Sequence record: SRR31156797_4892
DNA: 41,302 nucleotides
Direction: 5' to 3' (one strand)
The stretch's first letter is position 1, and each line of letters opens with the position of its first letter. Made by a program: the position numbers and the translations under genes. The notes under the pieces were generated by a model. It saw only the letters and a list, made by a program, of their open reading frames with translations, was not told the origin of the DNA and searched no databases. Below, in pieces: positions 28,213 to 36,370 of this stretch.

Positions 28213-29145
28213 TTACCAGTTGCGGTCAGCGCCATTTCGGCTTGCAGTTACTACTGCTTGTGCGATATCCTCATCCGCCTCAGTTATGGCCAATACATCC
28301 AGGTTGAAAATCACTTGGGAGTTCATGTGCGCCTGAATGAATAGATACTCGTTCAACTGGCGCAGTACCCCCAAGTCCTTCGTCATCAGCATCAGATAGC
28401 CTGGATCATCCCAAACCACGAACCACTTGTAACCGACTTCCAGCAAAAGTTCCAGATTGGCCTGGGCCTCAGCAAGTTGCTCTACCGTCTCCACTTGGTT
28501 TTCAAAAATCAAACATGGTGCGGCTTCGATCAGATAATCACGTGCTGAAGCGATGATTTGATAATCAAAGCCATCGGTATCAATCTTAATTAACCGTGTG
28601 TGGGCATCAGCGACCTCGGACAGCCTTTTGCAAGCCCATTGTTTCCTGGCATTAACTGATTTGTGGAGGGTAGCTGTTCCGCCCGAGTGATGCAGTATTC
28701 CGGTTTCTTCACGATTTGCAGAAATTAAAACCTGGTGAACAGCCTTAATCTGGATCGGCAGTTTCTGCACATTCTTTGCTAAGAAACTAAGAAAGTAATC
28801 ACTTGGCTCCACCAGAATCAACGGAGCCGTTGTGTAACTGGCAATCATCGCTGCCGTATCGCCAATATTTGCTCCCACATCGAGAATCGTGGCTTCAGGA
28901 TATTTTTTTAGTACTTCCCGAGCCGCTAAGCCGATGAACTGGTCTCGCAGGGGTTGGGCCCTATTTCCCCGATTCCTCCAAAGCAGGTGGCTGGACGGTG
29001 CTGTTAATATAAACTTGCCTACCTGTACTTCCACTATTCGCTGACGAAAAAACAACCACTGTTTAAATTCACGGCGCCATTGTCGGAGCTGGCCGTAGGC
29101 CCTCTCTCCAATTGTTGATTTCAGGAATGTGCGCATATTTTGCAT
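28213..29145 (-). CDS. FkbM-family methyltransferase
   Basis: 'ILDVGANIGD', 'LVEP', 'LIKIDTDGFD'. Confidence 0.8.
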   Translation of the reverse strand: MQNMRTFLKSTIGERAYGQLRQWRREFKQWLFFRQRIVEVQVGKFILTAPSSHLLWRNRGNRAQPLRDQFIGLAAREVLKKYPEATILDVGANIGDTAAMIASYTTAPLILVEPSDYFLSFLAKNVQKLPIQIKAVHQVLISANREETGILHHSGGTATLHKSVNARKQWACKRLSEVADAHTRLIKIDTDGFDYQIIASARDYLIEAAPCLIFENQVETVEQLAEAQANLELLLEVGYKWFVVWDDPGYLMLMTKDLGVLRQLNEYLFIQAHMNSQVIFNLDVLAITEADEDIAQAVVTASRNGADRNW

Positions 29146-29238
29146 GGAAATCTCTTCTTGGTACTGTTTTGCAACAAGGTATTCTAACCGAAGGCCTCTT
29201 TTAATCTCTCATCTATCAGAATAATTATATCCTCAGAC

Positions 29239-30714
29239 TCAAACCAAACCTCGGTTAAGCAATTTTCGAAACCGTAAAACGGAAACCCTTCTTAGTTTCT
29301 TATCTGCAAAAAACAAAAAAAGTGCATACGAAAAAATTCCAACCCCAATTTGTGTAAACAGATGGCTACCAGGATATGAGATGCTAAAGGTTTTCAGACC
29401 AACATACATCAGAAAAGCGCATATTCCGTAAAGAACAATTGGATACCATGGAATCTTAATTTTGAAATACTTTGACGATTTTATGGAACCGACAACAAGA
29501 AAAAAAAGGTAACAAAAAAGAGTTGAAATTGCTGCGCCAAACAAACCTGCGGTCGGGATCAACACCAAATTTATCAAAAAATTCAGGGTAGCTGTTTGCA
29601 TCATCAACAAGGCTACCCTTTTAGTTTGCTTGTAAAACCAAAATCCCAATGTCAGAGGAGTGCATAAGCCGCTGATAATGGCTACGGTAGCTAAATACGG
29701 CAAGACGTAGAAGGCTTGGGCATATTTCTCGGATGCCAGCATAATAACCGCCTCTTGCCCGACGCTGCATAGTCCCACAACCAATGGGAAGGCGACCATA
29801 CAGTAAAGTCGAATCACCCGCTGAATTTCGAGATGTGTTTCTTCGTGAGGAAGCTGTTCCCAGTTTTTCATGATAAGGGGGATAAAGCCAAGCTGGAATC
29901 CGGACAAAAGGACCCCGGTAACATAGAAACAGAGATTACGCGCGACGCTGTAAATTGCGACATCAGACTTTGTCAAGAAATACCCAATTAGATACCGATC
30001 TGAGCTTGAAAGGAGAACTCCGGCAAGGCCAAACAGCACCAATGGAAATCCATAGGTAATGGTTTTTTTCAGAATCGGGAACGAAAATTTATTAATGGAA
30101 AAGCCGATCTGTTTAACAAATAGTAGCAAAAGTACCGTTAAAACTGTCAATTCCCCGACAACCAGTCCAAAAAAATATCCAAATAAACCCAAATGCCAAA
30201 TCGTCAAGGCAAGGATGATTAGCCCTAGTGGCACGTATTTTGCGGAAATGGAAAAAAAGGAATAGGTCACCGGCTGTTCTCTAACACGGTAAATGGAGCA
30301 GATAATATTGAACATTACCCGAATAATAATGAGTAAGGATGCTAAGAGAAAAGCTCTCCAAAGTTCAAAAGAAACGTCGTGAAAGATCGAAAATAGTTTT
30401 ATTGCAGCTATTGCAAACACAGTAGCAACAATTCCGGAGGTGAATGAGCTAATGAGCAAGGTTGAATAAAAGCTTTGAGCTTCCTTACACCCTTGGTATT
30501 CAGGATGAAATCTAAGTGTGCTATGGTTTAGCCCTAGGGTTGCAAAGGGCGCGACTATGCTAATCGAGACAGAAACCAGAGTCATTGCCCCATATTGGTC
30601 TCGGGTTAACAAGCGGGCGATTATTGGAAAAGATATGAGCCCGCCCGCCATGATGATGATTTCCCCCAAAACATAAATTGAGGTATGCTCTAATAACCGT
30701 TTTATTGTGGACAT
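29239..30714 (-). CDS. wzx: Polysaccharide flippase (Wzx/PST family)
   Basis: Many TM helices, 'FPIIARLL..QYG', 'SDRYLIGYF...VAIYS', 'NLVLIP..GLFGAAIST'. Confidence 0.88.
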   Translation of the reverse strand: MSTIKRLLEHTSIYVLGEIIIMAGGLISFPIIARLLTRDQYGAMTLVSVSISIVAPFATLGLNHSTLRFHPEYQGCKEAQSFYSTLLISSFTSGIVATVFAIAAIKLFSIFHDVSFELWRAFLLASLLIIIRVMFNIICSIYRVREQPVTYSFFSISAKYVPLGLIILALTIWHLGLFGYFFGLVVGELTVLTVLLLLFVKQIGFSINKFSFPILKKTITYGFPLVLFGLAGVLLSSSDRYLIGYFLTKSDVAIYSVARNLCFYVTGVLLSGFQLGFIPLIMKNWEQLPHEETHLEIQRVIRLYCMVAFPLVVGLCSVGQEAVIMLASEKYAQAFYVLPYLATVAIISGLCTPLTLGFWFYKQTKRVALLMMQTATLNFLINLVLIPTAGLFGAAISTLFCYLFFLVVGSIKSSKYFKIKIPWYPIVLYGICAFLMYVGLKTFSISYPGSHLFTQIGVGIFSYALFLFFADKKLRRVSVLRFRKLLNRGLV

Positions 30715-30846
30715 GGAAGGGGGATCAAAAGCATTTTTTCTCTGGAAAAAGCAGGGTAATATTACGCAGAGCTGTTCTTATAAAAAGCGTTTTCATGTGA
30801 TGCACGGAACGGGGAGCGGACCAGCCAGTTTCGCATGTTCAGACAA

Positions 30847-32043
30847 TTATTTCCCCCTTTCTGGGAGATACACATAACGTGGGATCACATAGTCTCTATA
30901 TGAATTTGGATTTCCAATCTTCCTATCCTCGGCGGCTTTAATGATGTTGAACATCTCTCTTGCAGAAACGTAATGAAGAAAGTAAGTCTTTTTATCGTTA
31001 TATTTTGATTCCAAATAGCCGTACATATCATCAAAACTTTTGCCTAGCATAATCTCTCTGTCCTTCTTTTCAGCCCCCGCCCCATGCCCATGAATTTTGA
31101 CGAATATCCAGTTTGGGCTTCCAGGGATATGTACGCCTTTTTTTATCCAATAATCAATTCGCGACGGAAATGGAAGATCGGCATACGATATATTTGACTG
31201 CTCTATACTCGGAATAAACTTGTGCGTCCTTGATTTCCAGCGCAGACCGATAATTCCCTGAATCAACAACAGACCTTTTGTTCCCTTGAATCCAAATTTG
31301 GCAGGCATTACAAATCTATTGTACCCTTTGGGATATGCAGAGCTGCTTTGAGCATAGAAGATCGTATTGGCCATTTTTGGTTGTGCCTCGTTAGATATCG
31401 GGAAAGTAAAATCTGCATAACAGCCAGTTTCCGCTAAGATGGAAAGTTCGTCATTAACGCCACAATGCTCCCCGTTTTTCAGGGAGTTTGAAAGTGCCCA
31501 GTCCCCGTGAATAAAACCGTATGCCTGTCGTCCATCGGGAAGACAAAAAATGCCGTATCTTGAAAAAGATTCAATGCAACCCAGAACTTTTCTTTTGAGG
31601 GATAGTTCATCATCCGGCCACGGTTCCATCCTGTCATGGTGGAGATGCATCTCCACTTCTCCAAAACCGCCTGAGCAGAGTTTAACAATCCTTTCGAGAT
31701 GATCGTGAGTGTCATAGTGAGGGGGAAAAAAAAAGGTATGTTGAGGGCATACGCCATCACTGTCTTGGTGTTTGGAAGCCAATTCGGGGTACCGATTGAC
31801 CCACGCATCAACCCTTGATTTTTGTTGTTCAACGGTGGCATTTCTGTTGCCAGGCTCAAAGTGGTCAACAACGCAAAACATGATATGAATATTGCCTTTT
31901 GGCTTTGATCCAATAGCATTGATTAGGCCTCTCTTCACATCGGAAACTATCCAATACTGCATCTTTTTTTTGAAGATGGCGCAAAGAATACCAATGCATG
32001 CCAAAGTAATAAGTGTAGCTGTAATGGAGAGAAAAATCAGCAA
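30847..32043 (-). CDS. Conserved hypothetical membrane-anchored His/Asp-rich protein (possible metal-dependent carbohydrate hydrolase/deacetylase fold)
   Basis: N-terminal TM anchor, then 'VDHFEP', 'HTFFFP', 'EVEMHLHH', 'FIHGDWAL', 'CYADFTFP', 'VKIHGHG'. Long ORF in operon context. Confidence 0.6.
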   Translation of the reverse strand: MLIFLSITATLITLACIGILCAIFKKKMQYWIVSDVKRGLINAIGSKPKGNIHIMFCVVDHFEPGNRNATVEQQKSRVDAWVNRYPELASKHQDSDGVCPQHTFFFPPHYDTHDHLERIVKLCSGGFGEVEMHLHHDRMEPWPDDELSLKRKVLGCIESFSRYGIFCLPDGRQAYGFIHGDWALSNSLKNGEHCGVNDELSILAETGCYADFTFPISNEAQPKMANTIFYAQSSSAYPKGYNRFVMPAKFGFKGTKGLLLIQGIIGLRWKSRTHKFIPSIEQSNISYADLPFPSRIDYWIKKGVHIPGSPNWIFVKIHGHGAGAEKKDREIMLGKSFDDMYGYLESKYNDKKTYFLHYVSAREMFNIIKAAEDRKIGNPNSYRDYVIPRYVYLPERGK

Positions 32044-32062
32044 TCAGGATCTCTGACTTCAG

Positions 32063-33331
32063 TTACCACACCTGTCTGAGAAACAAATACCAAGTGATAA
32101 GCAGGGCAATAGTAAGTCCAAATGCATTCTTGTTCCAGAGATGCGCAGTCATGCTTGGGAAAAGAACACCTTCAGCACTTACTTCGTCAGTATCCTTGAG
32201 GGCAAATCTGCCGAGTACGCCAATTAAGGCGATGCACATTAAAAAAACCAGATCGTACGTTCTGGTTGAAAAAACTGATGCCCCAATATAAGACATAAGA
32301 AAACTGCCCAAACCTGCATAATAGTGGCGCCACCTCATATTTTCCGGTTGCGTGCTAACTTTGACGATGGTGTATCCTGCCATAAAGATCATGCCCACAA
32401 AGGCATATAGCCCCACCAAGCCGAGCTCGGCTCCAGCACGAACAAAGGAATTGTGTGAATCCCGCACATGATGTTCTTTAAACTGATCCTTCCCCACCCC
32501 TTTTACGGGATGATTTTTCAACATTTGCCAGCCATCAGCCCAGGCCTCAATTCTTCCCATGGCCGAATCATCTTCTCGATATCCGGCTGCTTGTGTCGTT
32601 GCTACAGCCAAAACACCTAATAGTGCAAAAACAACCATTTGCTTCTTTCTTTTAGGATTTCTTAGCCAAAGATAGGCCCATGAAAACAGGCAAATGGCGA
32701 GTGCAACTTGACCACCTCGAGATCTGGTGAGATATATACAGTAAAGGGAAATGATCAAAAGGGCGATGCCTCCAAGTCGCCCGGTAAAACCTTTTGCCTG
32801 GAATAATAGGCCTAGCCCAAAAGGTATTACCAACACTGCAGAATATGCCAAGTCATTGGGGTTATCAAAATTTCCGATGCCCTTAATTTGCCAAGCCATT
32901 TTGGAAGGTGACCATCCCATGACGGCACCCGTAATGTTATAGCCATGATACTGCAAAACCCCCATAAGAGCCACTATCGCCATCAAGATGACCATTGTCC
33001 ATACCGCCCAGCGTAACTTGCTTTCATCCTCAACAACTATTACGATGAAGTAATAGATTAGCGCTGTTTTGAGTGTCTGAATAGCAGTATCTATTATATT
33101 GGATATCCAAAACTCGGTTAGTGTCGAAAGAACGATGGCAACAAAAAACAATCCGACGAATTTGTCCTGTGGGCTGCGAAACAGCTTTTTTTCAGCAGGG
33201 CTAAATAACAGGGCTGATAATAGGATTGCCATCAGATATAGGGCGAGCCGAGCGCCTTTGAGGCCGGGAACAAAATCCTGAGGGCGTATGATTTGGAGGA
33301 AAATGAATAGGAGCAGGCCGAAAAATAGCAT
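32063..33331 (-). CDS. O-antigen ligase/Wzy polymerase family protein
   Basis: Polytopic; 'NPNDLA', 'TRSRGG', 'SAMGR...W', 'HPVKGVG', 'SHNSF..AGAELG..G' (Wzy_C). Confidence 0.85.
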   Translation of the reverse strand: MLFFGLLLFIFLQIIRPQDFVPGLKGARLALYLMAILLSALLFSPAEKKLFRSPQDKFVGLFFVAIVLSTLTEFWISNIIDTAIQTLKTALIYYFIVIVVEDESKLRWAVWTMVILMAIVALMGVLQYHGYNITGAVMGWSPSKMAWQIKGIGNFDNPNDLAYSAVLVIPFGLGLLFQAKGFTGRLGGIALLIISLYCIYLTRSRGGQVALAICLFSWAYLWLRNPKRKKQMVVFALLGVLAVATTQAAGYREDDSAMGRIEAWADGWQMLKNHPVKGVGKDQFKEHHVRDSHNSFVRAGAELGLVGLYAFVGMIFMAGYTIVKVSTQPENMRWRHYYAGLGSFLMSYIGASVFSTRTYDLVFLMCIALIGVLGRFALKDTDEVSAEGVLFPSMTAHLWNKNAFGLTIALLITWYLFLRQVW

Positions 33332-33415
33332 TAGAGAAGATCAAAACCTCTATGGTAATCGATGGACAAAAAGGCAGGGTAGGTTGTATCGCAGACTTCA
33401 GCGTACATCTATATT

Positions 33416-34525
33416 CTAAGATAATTTTCGATAAAACGCTGAATAGTCTTCTATCATGCGATCTAGTGAAAATTTTTCCTCAACGGTTCTCCTTGCATTT
33501 GCTTCGAGCCTGGAGGCAAAACTCCTGTCTTTTATCAACATTTCCGAAGATTCAATGAACTTACCAAGATTATTGGAGGGATACAATACGCCGTTTTTCA
33601 GGTTGTCAACTATTTCAGAACATCCTCCGACATCCGATGTTATGACTGAAACTCCCATACTCATAGCTTGCAGTAGAACGTTTGGCAGACCCTCTCGCAA
33701 TGAGCAGAGGACAAAAAAATCCATTAATGAAAGATATTCCCCTACATTCTTCGAATATCCGGTAAATATAACGTGTTTCTCCAGCCCGTATGATCGGCTC
33801 AGCTCCATCATTTCATCCAATAGGTAGCCACCACCGACACAGATGAACCTCAAGTTGGCATTTCTTTCCGATAAGATTCTAAAGGCGTTTAACAGAAAGG
33901 GATAGTTTTTTACCTTTCTGAAATTCGCGATGGTACCCATAATAATTTCACTGTTTTTTAAACCGTACTTGATTTTTAGATCCTGGCAATTGTATGAACT
34001 CTTTTTAAAATGGTTTGTATCTATGCCATTTTTGATTATGACTATTTTGCTCTCAGGTACAAAAAAACCTTTGATAAGCCGCATTGATCTCTCAGAGTTG
34101 CAGAGGATGGCATTGGTTGATTTTAGCAAAACAGCAAGAAGAACCTTCTGAATTGGATCGTAGTTGTGAAGCAAATTTACTAAATGATGAACAATGTTAA
34201 GTTTCCAACCACTGAAGGCCTTAATCGCAATAGATAAAAACAACTCCTTTAACCCAAAGGAATTGACGATGGATATGTGATTGGCTTTTGCGTATCTGTA
34301 AATTTTCCACGCCTTATTCAATTCCAGATAACCTTTCGATACGGGAACAACTTGGATGTTGGCATTAAGAAGCACGAAATCGGGAAGCAAAGACAAGTTT
34401 TCGCTCGTAACACAAATGTGTATCCTGATATCAGGGGGAAAATGTTTAGTGAAATCGAGGAGCCTCAATTCAGGGCCGCCTCGTTCAAGATCATGAATGA
34501 GGAATAAGATGTTTATTGGAGACAT
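33416..34525 (-). CDS. Glycosyltransferase family 4
   Basis: 'IKNGID', 'KVKNY', 'EGLPNVLLQAMSMG..VITSDVGG'. Confidence 0.92.
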   Translation of the reverse strand: MSPINILFLIHDLERGGPELRLLDFTKHFPPDIRIHICVTSENLSLLPDFVLLNANIQVVPVSKGYLELNKAWKIYRYAKANHISIVNSFGLKELFLSIAIKAFSGWKLNIVHHLVNLLHNYDPIQKVLLAVLLKSTNAILCNSERSMRLIKGFFVPESKIVIIKNGIDTNHFKKSSYNCQDLKIKYGLKNSEIIMGTIANFRKVKNYPFLLNAFRILSERNANLRFICVGGGYLLDEMMELSRSYGLEKHVIFTGYSKNVGEYLSLMDFFVLCSLREGLPNVLLQAMSMGVSVITSDVGGCSEIVDNLKNGVLYPSNNLGKFIESSEMLIKDRSFASRLEANARRTVEEKFSLDRMIEDYSAFYRKLS

Positions 34526-34568
34526 TTGTTCAAGAGATTTTTTTTAGAAGTTGGCATGGGACGGTGTC

Positions 34569-35873
34569 CTATTCTCTCGGTGTTCTTGTCCAGTGCCCCC
34601 TGAGATTTCCCCGGCAAAAGTGAAAAAACCCTACAAACAGTGCTGCCTGCATAGTCAAAAAATGGTTGCATAGTCGCAGTGGGGCAAGAAATTTTTTCTT
34701 CCCGGATTGAACATTCCTCAAAAAACGTCCGGCAAGAGCACATAAGAGAATCGCTATCAGCAGAGCTGGAGTCAATGAGGTGTATGGGTGTACGGATTCC
34801 ACCATGAGACCAATAGCGAGGGAGGTAAGAGAAAAAACAAAGAGAATCAGTAAAATGTGGGGGGTAAACCAGCGGAGAACTTTGTGCGACCAAAACATCC
34901 ATGCAAACTTTCCAAATTTTGGCAAAAGGCATGCTTTACACAAATTGAGAGCCTGATAATCACCTGCTCCAATCCGCGTCCGACGAACCCACTCATGGGC
35001 CGAGGAGGGAAGGTCTTCCTGGGCCACTGCTCCAGGCTCGTATATCACACGGAGACCTTGCTCTCGGACCTTCATGCCAATGACAAAGTCGTCCACAATC
35101 GTGTTGTCAGGAATATCCGTCCAAAACAAATTTCGCCTGATGGCGTAGATAGCCCCATTTGCACCAAGACAAGAATCCAAAGAGCTTTCCATCATCTTGA
35201 GGCGGGTTTCCATTCGCCAATAAACGCTCTCCTCCCCCTCCCCAAGAAGCTGCAACATCCCACACACACAGCCAATATGGGGATCCTCAAAATGGGAAAC
35301 AAGTTTTTGCAAAGCATCGGGTTTGAAAACTGTATTCGCGTCGGTTAAAATGAGGATATCTTCCTCGCTTTGGGCAACAAGAGTTTTCAACATCGCAGTC
35401 TTCCCACGCCGTTCGGCAATTTCGTAAATCTGAACACCAAAACATTTTGACGCCCATTGTCGCGCAACATCTGCCGTTCGGTCTGAGGAGCCATCAACTC
35501 CGATACGCACCGTAAACTTCTCCTCAGGGTAGTCAAGTTCAATAAGGTTTCTAATTCTGGCGCCGATATGTTTCTCTTCATTATGTGCAGAAAGCAGAAT
35601 TGTAACCGCCGGTGAGAACGGTGTCTTTAAATCCGGTTTTCTCCTGCTTTTAGCATTCACTGAATCAGTGCCGTCATCGTAGCTAACACCGCAATTCCCG
35701 CCAAGGGTTTTTGCCCACAACGAATGTCTGGATAGACTTATTCTCTGCAACGAGCCCGAAGGGGGCCTTACTCTCGTCAGTCCCCTCAATATGAGTGGAT
35801 ACCCGATCCACACATAAATCAGCAGCAGCCAGCAGATTATTACCGATGTAGAAAGGAGATTTGATAAGTCCAA
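34569..35873 (-). CDS. Membrane-bound glycosyltransferase family 2 (PgaC/IcaA/CesA-like)
   Basis: N-terminal TM, 'SAHNEE', 'DGSSD', 'GK', 'TDAN', 'GANGAIYAIRR', 'DDF', 'RRTRIGAG', C-terminal TMs. TTG start. Confidence 0.88.
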   Translation of the reverse strand: MDLSNLLSTSVIICWLLLIYVWIGYPLILRGLTRVRPPSGSLQRISLSRHSLWAKTLGGNCGVSYDDGTDSVNAKSRRKPDLKTPFSPAVTILLSAHNEEKHIGARIRNLIELDYPEEKFTVRIGVDGSSDRTADVARQWASKCFGVQIYEIAERRGKTAMLKTLVAQSEEDILILTDANTVFKPDALQKLVSHFEDPHIGCVCGMLQLLGEGEESVYWRMETRLKMMESSLDSCLGANGAIYAIRRNLFWTDIPDNTIVDDFVIGMKVREQGLRVIYEPGAVAQEDLPSSAHEWVRRTRIGAGDYQALNLCKACLLPKFGKFAWMFWSHKVLRWFTPHILLILFVFSLTSLAIGLMVESVHPYTSLTPALLIAILLCALAGRFLRNVQSGKKKFLAPLRLCNHFLTMQAALFVGFFHFCRGNLRGHWTRTPRE

Positions 35874-36105
35874 TTAAACTAAAAATTCCAATATGGGTTT
35901 GCCCAAAAATAAAGGTCTTGGATTGCTTCAACGGTTAATCGGAATGTCAGGCAACTCGCATATTTGCTCTTTGGTGAGCCCATAGTATTTCAAATGAACC
36001 GTTTGGCAATAAAAGTCCCTACAGCTCCGCTTGGTGGATTACAATAAGCACAAATCATAACCTACTCATTAGGTAAATTGACATTCAACTGTTGTGATTT
36101 GAAAA

Positions 36106-36135
36106 TTGACAAACACAATGCTAAAATTCTATAAT
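36106..36135 (+). promoter_or_regulatory. sigma70-type promoter for the export genes
   Basis: Exact TTGACA (36106-36111), 18-nt spacer, exact TATAAT (36130-36135), in the AT-rich divergent intergenic region. Confidence 0.65.
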
Positions 36136-36370
36136 AATAAATCATAAAATGCAATGATGAGGATGTCATCCACGGCTGGAATTTCAAGAAACTGTTTCGG
36201 TCAAAAACGATTCCGCAATGAATATATCAAACTTGCTATTTTCTGGTGAGTGTTGCTCTATTACGCTAAACTGGTACTGTATCCGGTTTTTTGTGGAACA
36301 GTTAGCAACGCGGACAGTTCAGGAGGGATTGTAGCTCTTTTATTTCGCTGAAACGGGAAAAGGCGGATAG

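Noticed and set aside
27930-28344. ORFs 27930..28235 (-) and 28117..28344 (+) in the GC-rich spacer
   Set aside because: They overlap confident genes, have no motifs or clear RBS, and their composition looks non-coding.
82-33331. Calling the locus a PEP-CTERM/exosortase system
   Set aside because: Several genes resemble those of such loci, but no exosortase, EpsI, PrsK/PrsR or PEP-CTERM tail is present in the window.
35894-35904. 'GGGCAAACCCA' upstream of the array start, like the 5' part of a c-di-GMP-I riboswitch
   Set aside because: No GNRA-capped P2 or following GACGCAAAGC motif, and too close to the start codon.
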